A stretch of 64,000 nt of DNA from Mizuhopecten yessoensis (Eukaryota). The stretch is taken from contig NW_018405604.1 of the NCBI RefSeq assembly GCF_002113885.1, positions 68,830-132,829 on the forward strand. The letters are read 5' to 3'. Shown here piece after piece: positions 11,959-24,390 of this stretch. The notes under the pieces are model-generated. The model was not told the DNA's origin and did not search any database. It saw only the letters and a program-made list of their open reading frames with translations. Every line of letters begins with the position of its first letter. Positions within the stretch are counted from its first letter, which is position 1. The translations under genes were made by a program, and so were the position numbers.

Positions 11959-14900
11959 CAACGAATTTTTGAATGCCTGTTTCAGCTTAAAGCAAAGTTA
12001 TCCATTAAGATGTGGAACTGTTTACTAACATTTTATTCCATGTATATACCGCCTGTCCCAACCTGTCTATAGTATTTATTTTATGCATCGAATCGCAAAA
12101 GAGTTTTACTGCAATAACGATTGAATCGTTCCCATCCGTTTGGAAAAAGAAGTATTTTTCAGTCCGTCCGTTATTAGCCTCCTTTAAATGACTTTTCAGT
12201 TACTAATAAACAAGTGCTGTTATATAATTTGTCACTGAATGATGGTTGGCTGTAACATATAACTATAGAAATAACATGCAGTGTGTTGGTATTAATTACG
12301 TCAAGTGTTTTCGGTTTTACAGTTGTAATTCTTCAACACGTGTTTACCTTTGTTATGCCATAACGTTAATGACAGCAGAACGTCCCGTCATTGGCTTTAT
12401 TTAGTATATTGGTTACAGGTGGAAATGTTCACGCATGGAAATCTTCACGTTGTGACTTTATAATTAAACTGATCAAGTTGTGGAAATTTTCGCGTTGGCA
12501 ATGGTTTTGAAAATAATTAATTCTATACATCTTTTTTTTAACTATAGATACATTTTCGCGTTTGGATATTTTCGCGTTAATTTACTCACAACGAAAAACG
12601 CGAACATTTCGACACCACAAAAAATCACACTTCATCTGAAAGGACTGTTTTGTGATACCGTTAGTGACCAAGCATAAATGCACGGAAGTGTACATCATGT
12701 GATTAGGACAGGTGTGATAGTATGTGGTTATATTACCTGTAACTGTTTGGGTTCCATGTAAAGGTTTATGTAGGTATGCTTTAATAGTTTCTTTAGGATT
12801 TATCGTGTTATCTCCGTGTGTTTTATATGAACAAGTACGAACTATGACGTTGATATGTGCCAAATACATTTTTATCTTAAAGGGTGAAAACAAAATCTTT
12901 ATTTATAATCCTTAGTCCGCGATAACAGGACTAATATCCAACCTAAAACAACAACATTGCTACATTTTGGTATGTACTATGTATGTATACATCTAGACTT
13001 ACTAAATACATGTAGTACGCATTTCACCATGTCCGTTGCATGTATATCTAGATTATGTTTTTAAAAGTCCTGTATTTAATTGGTTTTCAGATCATGATAT
13101 ATTTACTTTCAAGTTTAACGGCAATACACGTAGCGTTAGTTTTATACAGGTAAATGTGTCAGAATGAGCGATATTGATAAACTGTATTGTTGCAACATAT
13201 AGGTTGAGTGCATGACTAAGGTGTTGGAATGCTTACTGCTACAATGTATTTACCAATTTTATTAAACAATGCTACATTATTGATGACTTTTGTGTAAATT
13301 ACTATGTCACTGTATAAGGGGTTACTTTTACAAGTTATAATTCTCGCATTATCAAATTGACTGTATCACGATGGGCAAGGCAGGTCTGTGATCATGCTGG
13401 ACGTGTCTACATTAATAATCCTTTATGTAATGTTTAGTCATCTCTCTTTGATGTGTGTTTAACAGTTTATCATGAATCTTTCAATCTGCTGTATAAAGAG
13501 AAGATATATTTCCGTAAAGGATATAAGCCTCAAACTGTCCATTATTTTACATAATAGACATTTTGAGGCTTTTATCTTACTTAAAACACACACCCTATTT
13601 GTGTTATTATTGGACAGTTTCAATATCTGTTCAGTATGTGCAATCAACCACGAAGGTTATTGATACAATAAAGGACAATGGTGTCCTTTGCATGCTTTTG
13701 TACAAGTGCATGCATTACTGGTGTGTGAAATATGCCCGGGTAGAATTTAGTCTCATTTGAATAATGTCGTCTTGTGAAGGTGCGTTCCCAACAAAGTCCC
13801 TGTGCAGTACGTTTTGGGCATTAGCATTAAGTATTGAAATGGATTAAATTCTAATAATGTGATTGATTTATTGAAGAAAGCGATTACAGTATATTTCTGG
13901 GATTATATCTGTGAGAGAATGAAATGAAATAATTAAACCACACAATTAAAGTGGGAAAATTCAAGATTTCAACACCACCTATAAAATGTTTTCATCAAAG
14001 ATATATCACAGCTATATATCTGGGATTATACACGAATATCTCAAGGGATGATACGAAAGAAATCTTTTGCACATAAATTGTGGAAAAAAAGTTTTGAACT
14101 GCCCTCAACTCCAACGCGTTATTGCCAAAATTACGAATTCAAAGGAAATTACAAAAAATGCTGGAAATGTGTCTCTCAGTAAAGTGTTTGGATATGTATG
14201 CATCTATATGGATGTTTCATGTGAAAAGAGTGTTCCGTGATTCAAACCTTCTTTCAAGGAAAAATTATATAGTGCATTGGAAATCTGACTATGGGAATAT
14301 AAATACCGGCTATACTTTAAGAATGTTGATATTTAAATTCTGTGTTACATTTAATAAATATGTATTTTCACATTTATTCTATTACTATGTTTTCCATTGT
14401 ATAGCATAAGTATGTGCTCATTCAAAAACTTACCTTTAGCTGTCCATTATGTGAATTATTTTGTGTACATATTGGACAGCTACAGGTAACTTATTGGACG
14501 GCTACATGTGATACCTATGAATTCTGTTGGATATAGTACGCAAATAACAATGGATGACATCACAGCTGTGTTTTAATTTCTGTTATGCAAGGATTAATGT
14601 CATACCATGAAATAAATACAGCACTTTAAGCGGACGTGTTTGACGGGCAGTTTCCACCCACTACGAATATTACCCATTAAACAATATAATAAACTTTAGG
14701 CATGGATCTTATAGTAGAACTTTCAAACATATGATGTCAGTGGCATAACCCACAGCAACTTTATACAGAGCAACTACACTTGCAATGAAAATGAAAAAAA
14801 AAACCAGTTTGATCGTCTTCGATTAATGCAATGTACACTTTAGATATGTGAGCAATCTCACAATGCCCCAATATTGAAAAATATTCTATTATTTATAGCT

Positions 14901-15597
14901 GCAGTATTAGTGACCCTGGGACGACTCCAAAATGCAAATCCTTTCTAGATATTTAAGTACCCGACACTTTCGCCAATTTTAGTGAAGGTATTATCTTAAG
15001 TAAGTTTCCTAGATAACTCGTCGCTACTAATCTCAGGGGTATAAAACATACAACATTGTCTTCACACGAATACAAAGTACATACCACATCGTCAACGTGA
15101 GAAAAACAGTGTAATAACAATAGGAAACAATCGATATGACAAAAAGAGTCCAGAAGGCATCGACATATAAGGTAAGCCATCATGAACCCCAACATAATCA
15201 AAAAGGGGAACCTGGTTTTCCAAAAGGGGTTAGTTTCCAGCAGTAATTAACACAACATTACGGTCGTGACCTGTAAAATCATTCACCAGTTCTCCTATAG
15301 TGTCCAATCCCGTTAATTCACCAACCACTGGTCCGAATGATCTTGTATCAAGCCAGTGTGTTAGGAGACGATTGTACCTTTCTTGATGTTGTGTCGACAG
15401 GACAGCTTTGATTTCAATGCTCCTCTCCGAAGGTCAGTGTCTAACTATATATATATATCGGTACTTCGTCGACTTCTTTGCTTTTGGAAAAAATAATGCT
15501 GTGATAAAATAAACAATCCATCAATTTTTTGTCGCATTACATCTGTATATGATTAAGAGGCAGCGGTAAACACTATAGTAGTAGATGTAATATGTCA

Positions 15598-15957
15598 ATG
15601 CTCAACCTCAATCCGAACCTCAATCCAAGAAAGATTGAGGTTCGGTTTGAGGTTCGATTGAGGCAGATTAAGGCAGATTAGGGTTCGATTGAGGCACATT
15701 GAGGTTCGATTGAGGCAGATTGAGGCAAATTGAGGTTCGATTGAGGTTCGATTGAGGCAGATTGGGCTAGATTGAGGTTCGATTGAGGCAGATTAAGGTT
15801 AGATTGAGGTCAGATTGAGGTTCGATTGAAGTCTGATTGAGGTTTAGATTGAGGCAGATTAAGGCAGATTGAGGTTCGATTGAGGCAGTAATCCTTATAA
15901 AAGGCATCATCTTACTAGAGGTTTCAGTTGTATGACATGGCTCAGAAACAGATTGAA
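15598..15957 (+). repeat. Left TIR of Polinton-like element with gattgaggttc/gattgaggca 10-11 bp subrepeats
   Basis: Reverse complement of 24084-24390. Confidence 0.9.
15896..15930 (+). promoter_or_regulatory. TATA box + TCAGTT initiator within TIR
   Basis: TATAAAAG at 15896, TCAGTT with the A at 15926 (30 nt spacing), ATG at 15937. Mirrored at 24110-24144 and copied at ~21028-21062 on the minus strand. Confidence 0.6.
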
Positions 15958-15959
15958 AA

Positions 15960-16396
15960 GACTACTTAAACAGTTTAAGACTGCAAAACTATCGGATTGA
16001 AAAAAACGAAGAAAAGGCCTATAGGAGAATTATAAAAAAAATCTACTGTGTCTCTCTTATGCATACGTTGTAAATTCAACAATAACAGAACTATTCGTAT
16101 GTTTAGGCTGTGAGAATCATCGAGCTGGTCAACATGAACATGAATGTCTGATGCATTCTACTGCTGTTATTATAGACTTACATTTTGACGAAGCATTGAC
16201 TTTAACAAATCATTTAGAAGTGGAAAAGACTTGGCGTGAGTTTGCCATTCAATCTTGTATACCTTCAGACGCATTACAACGTCTGATGCAAGACGAACGT
16301 TTAAGGGACGAGAACTACGTAAAACAAAGTTATAGCGAAAAGATAAAGAAATACGTTAAGAAGATCGGTAATGTCGAAACCCAGTTATTCAATTAA
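15960..16396 (+). pseudogene. Polinton accessory ORF with CxGC-x9-H-x-C motif (CLGCENHRAGQHEHECLM), disrupted
   Basis: The frame upstream of ORF 16151-16396 carries the Cys/His motif and has in-frame stops further 5'. An inverted paralogous copy lies at 23015-23475. Confidence 0.55.
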
Positions 16397-16428
16397 TATA
16401 CAGATGAATCTATCTACATCATAACCAC

Positions 16429-16818
16429 ATGACAAGTCATACCTGTCGGTTGATGACATTCTTACAGTGGCCATGTACACATCGTCCATACCAGCTGGCT
16501 CGTGATGGATTTTTCTACGAAGGTCATGGTGATTATATTACATGTTATAAGTGTGGTAAAACTTTGAAACATTGTGAATTCAGAAACTTTTCGTGGAGTG
16601 TTTCGATCCTCATTCTATCCTGCCATACCCTTTGTAGATTTGTTAAGAAATTTCTGATAATTGACTCGTCAGATTGCATTAGAATGGACAACCTTTTAAA
16701 ACTAGTATATGCATACCACGTCAGAAAAATCGTAGAAGAGCAACAATGTTGTATAAAGGACGCCTTTAACAGTGTGGATGACATAAAAGTGATACGTGAC
16801 TTTATTCGAGAAACGTAA
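16429..16818 (+). CDS. BIR-domain (IAP-like) protein of the element, degenerate
   Basis: RLMTFLQWP...QLARDGFFYEGHGDYITCYKCGKTLKH...CRFV matches the BIR signature. The Zn-binding His is not at the canonical spacing. Confidence 0.75.
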   Translation: MTSHTCRLMTFLQWPCTHRPYQLARDGFFYEGHGDYITCYKCGKTLKHCEFRNFSWSVSILILSCHTLCRFVKKFLIIDSSDCIRMDNLLKLVYAYHVRKIVEEQQCCIKDAFNSVDDIKVIRDFIRET

Positions 16819-17033
16819 ACTCGAGCATTTCAAGAAGTGTGAGGAATGCCTCCATATCACAGTTATGTAACGTGGAATGGTGAACTCAAAACCAAATGGA
16901 AATGGAAAGACAAAATCAGTCATATGGTCATGTCCATGATTCGTTTAGAGAATAAGTTTAAAAACAAAACGCTGTAAAATATTTTTATTTGTAATAAAAG
17001 AGTATATACATAAATGTTTGTCTCATTATCATT

Positions 17034-17690
17034 ATGTTGATAGAAGATGAAAGAAGACGCATAAATGCGGTGTATTATGACTTTAAGAATGGTGACGCAT
17101 TTCTCAGTCCCACGAAAGTACATCAGATATTAACATTGCAAGGATATAAATCGCCAGGTCTTAAAACTAGACAAAGTCTCGACGATAACAGTTTACAGAA
17201 ACCTCCAAGACGTTCTTTTAAGCGAGCACGACTAGACGTTTCGGGTCCCTTCGAGCAATACGACGTATCTTGCAGACGTTTCCTCCCTTTCAAAGCAGAA
17301 ATCTGGTTATCGGTTTCTCCTTGTTGTCATTGACGTATTCACACGTTTCGTATGGGTTGAACCTGTAAAGACAAAAACAGCCAGAGATGTATTAGATGCC
17401 TTTAAAAGAATTATCGAAAGAGGGAAAATTACCAAAGCGCATGCGTAGTGACAAAGGAACATGAAGTGCACTATTTTACCAGACAGAATGAGACAAAGGC
17501 TAATTATGCAGAAAGAGTAATCAGGACGCTCAAGACGATGATGTACAGATACTTTACAAAATATAGAACTTATCAATACATCGATAGATTACAAGATTTC
17601 ATCATCAATTACAGCGCTACACCTCACAGATCTTTAAACGGGTTATCACCGAGAGACATAAACGATTCTAACAAAGACGATGTATTTGTC
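17034..17690 (+). pseudogene. Polinton-type retroviral-like (rve, DDE) integrase, frameshifted
   Basis: Across frames: LQKPPRRSFKR...YRFLLVVIDVFTRFVWVEPVKTKTARDVLDAFKRI...SDKG...KANYAERVIRTLKTMMYRYFT...YSATPHRSLNGLSP. Confidence 0.9.
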
Positions 17691-17696
17691 AGCCCT

Positions 17697-19075
17697 AAAA
17701 TGACTGGTGTTTGTTTGGAATTACTCACAGACCCAGACATGTACCTGTTTTAGCCAACAATCCCTACATTCCCGAATCGTACGATTCATCCCATCCCGAC
17801 TCGTATATCATGTATACAGACTGTAACAATTTATATGGCAAAGCCATGACAGAACCATTGCCCGTAGATGATTTTCGCTGGGTTGAGGAAGTCGATAAGT
17901 TTGACTTGCTCTCTATACCTAAAGAGGGTGACTTGGGGTACATCCTAGGGGTCTATTTAGAGGGTGAGCGAAAACCGTCTCGGATGAGGAGTTATCTCCC
18001 ACAAGCAAAGCACTGTGGAGAGAGCTTAGTCCGTGCGATAAACATACAGAATCTAAGCTATATGGCCGCGTAAAAAATAGAAAAGTTGATACCAAACCTT
18101 GATAGCAAGACAAAATACATTTGTCACTATAGAAACTTACAACTCTATTTAGATCTGGATTTGAAAGTTACAAAAATCCACAGAGTGTTGCAATTTAGAC
18201 AACTCCCTTGGTTGAGGAAATGCATCGACTTTGATACTGTTAAACGAATGCTCTCGAGCGATTTCGAAAAAGTTTTTTTTTAAATTGATGAACAACTGTG
18301 TTTGGCAAGACCATGGAAAACGTTCGCAACAGAGTCGACTTTAAACTCGCTCACACGACCAAAAAACTTAAAAGGTCCTGTTCAAGACCTTCTTTTCAAA
18401 GATGTACCATATTTAATGAGGATTTGACCGGCATAAAAAACGCCAAAATAAAACTAGTGTTAAACAAACCCATTTACGTGGGTCAAACCATCTTAGATTT
18501 ATCGAAATATATCATGTACGAATTTTACTACAAATATCTCAAACCGAAATATGGAGACGGGATAAAATCATTATTCACAGACACCGACAGTTTTTGTGAC
18601 GACATCTATGTCGACATGTTACATGACAGACATGTGTTTGACTTGTCAAATTATCCGGCGGGGCACTTCTGTTACGATTCCACCAATAAAAAGATACCCG
18701 GTTATTTTAAAGACGAAACCGCAGGCAAACCTATCGCAGAGTTTGTAGGACTTCGCGCCAAAATGTACAGCGTTCGATATGCCGTTCGAGAAACTTTTAC
18801 GTTTAAAAACATGAGAATCACTACCAATTCGTTCAAAGAAAAGCAAGTGGCTAAAAGCGTTGCCAAAGCTGTCATAAAGCACGACTTGCGTCACGAGATG
18901 TACAAAGAATGCCTCTTTTACAAACAAAATATAATGTGCGAAATGCATTCCATTAGGAGCTATAGACACCAGTAATACGTGTATAACATCAACAAATCTG
19001 GATTATGTGCTTTTGACGACAAGCGGTGGATCCTACCAAATCTCTGCGAAAGCTATACCCTCGGTCATTACAAAA
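17697..19075 (+). pseudogene. Protein-primed family B DNA polymerase (Polinton pPolB), 5'-truncated and frameshifted
   Basis: Motifs IMYTDCNNLYGKAM (A), KLMNN.VFGKTMENVRNR (B), LFTDTDS (C), KLIPNL, EFVGLRAKMYS and AFDDKR, spread over ORFs 17711-18975. Confidence 0.93.
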
Positions 19076-21678
19076 CAAAAGACGACATTGTAAACGTTAC
19101 ACCAGTTTAATAGAAATTGTATATGACAAAGGCATTATCTGTAGGAGTTATCTTTATGAATTGTACATTAAAGCCTATGATTGTTATCTTATTCAACTGA
19201 TGTACAATAATAGTAAATATGGCAAGAATGATTTTTCATGTACATTATTTAATTACAATTTGTTCATAACTGACACTGTATATAGTAAAACCCATGTTCG
19301 TTATACTATGTATTCATTTAGTTATTCATGATAATTAAACCTTCATGTTGTACAATTTATAAGTTATCATTTATTTGTAACTATCCATCAATGAAAATAT
19401 AGTCCACTTAATATCGGAAAAAGTTTTATTGTAAAATTATTCAATAACCCATTATGAACCGTACAACACATAGATTCATTTTTACTTACATGGACTTGAA
19501 AGAGATAAATGGTAATAATTTTTATATTAAAGCCTATGGCTGTTATCTTATACCATTATTCAATTGTTGTGCAATTAATGTATTTAGTTATAATAAATTT
19601 CATAATAATAAAAGCTTCATGTCGCGAGTTTAAGTTTACAATATTGTTCAATAGCCGATCATATTATACAACACGTTTCATTTTTACTTGTAATGATTGA
19701 ATGAGACTTGATTGAGCGCAACAACAACAAAAATGTGAAGAATAGCACACTATGAATATTTGGTGTTTGAAATAATAAAATAGTTCATTATGTATATTTG
19801 AGTAGAATAGTTTAACAACTCCGTGACCTTAAGACTAAAATATGTTATATATTAGAAATTTGTTAACATTTTATATAATAATGCAGAATGTTGTTAAAAT
19901 GATATAAGTGTATAGAAATATGTTAAATACGTATATGTGTATAATAAAAATATATAGTAAAGATTTTTGTTCTTTTATTTTACTTTCTGTCGAGGAGCAT
20001 TGTGACAAGGGTATATTTCAGTTAACGTGATAGTACATCAAAACTATTTTAAGAATACTGTGTAATTATATCAATCGAGACAAAAAAATAAATCAAACAT
20101 TTAAAAGAAAACTGTCAATCAGTGATGGGTCAATGTTAGCTTACAAATTCTGACACTAGTCCAACAAATACTTTTTATTAGCAGGTGGTCTGATCATGCG
20201 ACTATTATGTGATTAACTAGAAACACTTCTTTGATTACATTTTACAAAATTGAATGCTATAATATCAGAAATTGTGAATGCATACACAAAAATAACTTCT
20301 TTAAATTAGAAAATTCACAAATAAAAGAGATTATATATATATACCTAAAACTATCATGACCAGGTTTTTTATCATACCTGCTGTCTTTGCAATGTTAATG
20401 TTAGAACGAAACAATGTATGATTAAATAAATACTTGTTATTCATGTCAGAAGAGTTGGTGTGGTTATTCACATATCTTGCTTTACTACACTTCAGTATTG
20501 TTCATATAAAGGGTGACGAAAACCTGTTATCTAGGTAATGACTCTAATCCGACTTAGGCATGGACGGACATTATACAAGTAACTATTTAGGTCACTTAAT
20601 CTTTGCTTTAGGTATTAATAAACATGTACGATTGGTATCTGTGTTTCTGTCAGTTCTACATCTATATTGTTATATGTCTATTGTTACGTTGTCATTCATA
20701 AGGTAACAGTTTGCGAGATTCAAGCGGTGCCTCAATTGTACTTCAATCTATGTTTCCACCACTAACGAGGTCTATTTGTATAACATGTAGAGGACCTTAG
20801 CAGTTTGCGAGATTCAAGTGGTAATTGAAGTAGGGAGACTCTCTTATAAACTAGTATTGAATCAGAAGCATCTGGACAGACGCCTAATGAGATTGTATAA
20901 TGGTATAATGTCCGCCTATACTTTCCTACCCCCACCCCTAAGTACAATTAGTATCATAAGCTTGATGGTCTCAATCGTACTTCAATCTATGTTTTCACCA
21001 CTAACGAGGTATCTGTGCAATGTAATACAACTAAAACCTCTGGTTAGATGATGCCTTTTATAATAGCTTCGTTATTGAGACTCACAGAAACATGAACCTC
21101 ATAAAACTTACTCACAGAAACAATGAGCCTCACAAAAACCAAAACTTGCGGGCTGGATAGTTCCTTACATCAAGATACTCCCAAAATGAGACTCACAGAA
21201 AAATGAGCCCCACAAAACTTGCGGGCTGAGCATTGGCATTTTACAACTTACATTTTAAACCAAAAACACCAAACTACAGGTATACTTTGTATATACTGTT
21301 GGCCGTTTATCATGTAAAATTTAATGATTTAACGCTTAATAACAAACAATAGCTTACAAGGCGGTTATCGAAATTATGTGCAATGTAGATCAAATACAAA
21401 GACAGCTAGACTGCACATTACTTCATAGTTGTTTTTAAAATTTAAGACACCGGCTTACCTCATTTAAATACTATTGGCCAGTATAACCAGTGTTGTTATT
21501 GTTGCTCGATGTAATTCCAGGCAAATGAGTGGTTGATACATCTTGCTCCATTAGAAGAGGGATTGTTGAAATCCCCCAATTCCATGTATCCATAGATGTC
21601 TTCTTCATCCTCGACAACATAGTAGTATTCGACTATTCGAAAAGCATCCACATCATAAAATATTAGATTAAAGTTGTG

Positions 21679-21873
21679 TCAGGCCTCCGTCACCATTTCC
21701 TCTGTCAGGTAGAGTGGCCCTCTATAATCTGGACACTCTGGACTTGTCAAGTTCATGAAATAATTCTGACAAAGTTCGTTTTTACAGACTGAACAAACAA
21801 TAAAATTAGTGTCAATCTTCAGATTGATACAAATATCACATTCCTCTGCCCAGTAAAACTTTCTAGACGTCAT
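21679..21873 (-). pseudogene. Small RING-finger-like ORF within the element
   Basis: ECDIC...VCSVCKNELCQNY...ECPDYRGPL. Two expected Cys positions read TAT (Tyr), one substitution from TGT. Confidence 0.6.
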
Positions 21874-21977
21874 GTTAAAGGTTGAGGTTCGATTGAGGCA
21901 GTGTAATACATGGCTCAGAAACAGATCGACCTCGTTAATGCAAGAAACATCGACATCTGTGAAGTCTCTGCCAACAA

Positions 21978-22197
21978 TATTACCTATCGTGTAGGATTAA
22001 ATCTCACAAACTGTTGCCTTAGGGGCGACTTATTTATAACAATAGACACAGTATTACCTATCGTATAGGATTAAATCTTACAAACTGTTACCTTAGGGGC
22101 GACTTATTTATAACAATAGACACAGTATAACCTATCGTATAGGGTTAAATCTTACAAACTGTTACCTTAGGGACGACTTATTTGTATCAATAGACAA
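21978..22197. repeat. 74-bp tandem repeat x3 inside the element
   Basis: Units start at 21978, 22052 and 22126. Confidence 0.88.
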
Positions 22198-23014
22198 GTG
22201 CCAAATTACGCTAACAGGAATACAGAACTGAAAACCTGTAATACCTCTGGTTTTACTAATGGGTCTACTAATATATTCGAACTTTTTTAATTCACTGACC
22301 TGAATTCAGTTCAACATGGTAAAATAGCCATTTCTAAAATGAATATCCCGACATGAGAGTGGGCCAGCAGGAACTATTTGACAAAGATAAAGAGCACACT
22401 AGCAACATAGGCAATGATAGTTTACTCAACTGTTTACATGGAGGGATTGAAAGGATATTGTTCTGGGGGGGGACAGGATTTTCCCCTTTATATTGAGTTG
22501 AGTGAATTTTCTGTGAGTTACATACACATGTTTAAGAATTGTTGGCCAATGGCCACGGTGGTCCTGTGGTGTTCCTGCTGTTAGCTTTGTCCCCCACTAC
22601 ATTTCTTTGTGGCGGTGGTACATGAAAAGGTGAGTCCTTTTCATGTACCATGTGGCAGGAATTTGCTAACATCAGTTCATTTTGACAATTATAAATACAT
22701 TTTATTTGCATATACGTGGATTGACATAAGTACTTTATGATCATTGGATTCTCCTTGATCACAAAAGACTTTAATTAATTTAATTGACAATTGCTTGGAA
22801 AAAATAAAACATATGCGGCCAGTGAGTGACGCCCTCTTGATGCATATGTGGACAGTAAGTGACGCCCCTTGCTTGAAAAAAATATAAAACATATGCCGGC
22901 AGTTATTGACGCCCTCTTGATGCATATGGGGGCAGTATAGTAAGTGACGCCCATTGCTTGATTAATAAAACACCGTGTCCATTACTGTCAATCTTGTGTT
23001 TGTTGTTTTATTCA

Positions 23015-23475
23015 ATAACTTTGTTTTACGTAGTTCTCGTCCCTTAAACGTTCGTCTTGCATCAGACGTTGTAATGCGTCTGAAGGTATACAAGATTGAA
23101 TGGCAAACTCACGCCAAGCCTTTTCCACTTCTAAATGATTTGTTTAAGTTAATGCTTCGTCAAAATGTAAGTCTATAATAACAGCACTAGAATACATCAG
23201 ACGTTCATGTTCATGTTGACTAGCTCGACGATTCTCACAGCCTAAACTAGTCCGAATTATTCTGACATTTGATAGACTTTTTTATATCGGTCTGACAGTC
23301 CGATATAACAAAAGTCGATCAAACGTCAGAATAATTCGGACTAAGCCTAAACATACGAATAGTTCTGTTATTGTTGATTTTACAACGTATGCATAAGAGA
23401 GACACAGTAGATTTTTTATAATTCTCCGATAGGCCTTTTCTTCGGTTTTTCAAATCCGATAGTTTTGCAGTCTTT
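23015..23475 (-). pseudogene. Inverted copy of the 15975-16332 accessory ORF, interrupted by a MITE
   Basis: High nucleotide identity to the reverse complement of 15975-16332. Confidence 0.8.
23248..23343. mobile_element. 96-bp hairpin MITE, TAG..CTA ends, 9-bp TSD agcctaaac
   Basis: TIR tagtccgaattattctgac / gtcagaataattcggacta. TSD at 23239-23247 and 23344-23352. The empty site is visible in the paralog at ~16100-16112. Confidence 0.92.
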
Positions 23476-23563
23476 TAACAAACAAGTCTGTGTTTAATTC
23501 CATTATCACATGCACGTATTGATAAGATCTTAAATCATGATAACGTAATTCAAAATGTTGTAT

Positions 23564-23860
23564 TTAAATGACGAACATCATCTGTTGAAACAGACAATCT
23601 TTTGACCGTCTCGCGGGCTCCGTTGTGATATCGTCAAAATAGTTCCAGTGCTTTAACGAAACACCGCACATAAAACAAGTAACACAGTCTTCAATGTTAG
23701 TATAGAAAAACCCGTTACTTGCGAGTTGATACAGAGAATGATGATGATGTTTAGGCCAATGTGTAAATGTATCCACACAATTACAACACTGGACCAATGA
23801 TGGATGACGGGGCTGTATAGCGCTTACGGTATGACAAACACTGTCGGTTTCGCATGACAT
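23564..23860 (-). CDS. Second BIR-domain (IAP-like) protein of the element
   Basis: TFTHWP...QLASNGFFYTNIEDCVTCFMCGVSLKHWNYFDDITTEPARRSKDCLF fits C-x2-C-x16-(H>P)-x6-C. The Pro codon CCC is one change from His CAC. Confidence 0.85.
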   Translation of the reverse strand: MSCETDSVCHTVSAIQPRHPSLVQCCNCVDTFTHWPKHHHHSLYQLASNGFFYTNIEDCVTCFMCGVSLKHWNYFDDITTEPARRSKDCLFQQMMFVI

Positions 23861-23861
23861 T

Positions 23862-24103
23862 TTAATTTTCCAGAAACAAATAAACGCACTGTATGCTTTC
23901 CGATTGAAACAGCGATATTTTGAAGAAGTCGACAGTTATTTGTTAACTTTTTCCATCTTCTCGTTAACGAACTTTCAGCTCACCCTTGACTTTCTTGACG
24001 ATGAGTTGCTGCGTTAATCCTATACGACAGGTAACACTGTTGGCAGAGACTTCACAGACGTCGATGTTTCCAGTATTGACGAGGTCAACTGTTTCTGAGC
24101 AAT
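23862..24103 (-). pseudogene. First small (~80 aa) ORF downstream of the TIR promoter (MAQKQIDLVN...), disrupted
   Basis: Reconstructed with one frameshift and two stops. Homologous starts at 15937 (truncated) and ~21910. Its stop abuts the BIR ORF start at 23860. Confidence 0.45.
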
Positions 24104-24390
24104 GTAATACAACTGAAACCTCTAGTAAGATGATGCCTTTTATAAGGATTACTGCCTCAATCGAACCTCAATTTGCCTTAATCTGCCTCAATCTAACCTC
24201 AATCAGACTTCAATCGAACCTCAATCTGCCTCAATCGAACCTCAATCGACCTCAATCTGCCTCAATCGACCTCAATCTGCCTCAATCGAACCTCAATCTG
24301 CCTCAATCGAACCTCAAATCGAACCTCAAACCGAACCTCAACCCGAACCTCAATCTTTCTTGCATTGAGGTTCGGATTGAGGTTGAGCAT
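24084..24390 (-). repeat. Right TIR of Polinton-like element
   Basis: Reverse complement of the left TIR. ORF 23986-24429 is only its antisense translation. Confidence 0.9.

Larger units (their letters stand above)
15598..24390 (+). mobile_element. Decayed, internally deleted Polinton/Maverick (adintovirus-like) element
   Basis: Terminal inverted repeats atgctcaacctcaatccgaacctcaat... at 15598 and ending at 24390. Contains frameshifted rve-type integrase and protein-primed PolB, plus BIR and RING ORFs. No capsid, packaging ATPase or protease recognised. Confidence 0.9.

Noticed and set aside
15230-15430. ~65-codon stop-free minus-strand frame beside the Polinton, and coding-like sequence at 24.6-25.2 kb
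   Set aside because: No start, splice context or recognisable domain, so a disrupted host gene cannot be supported.
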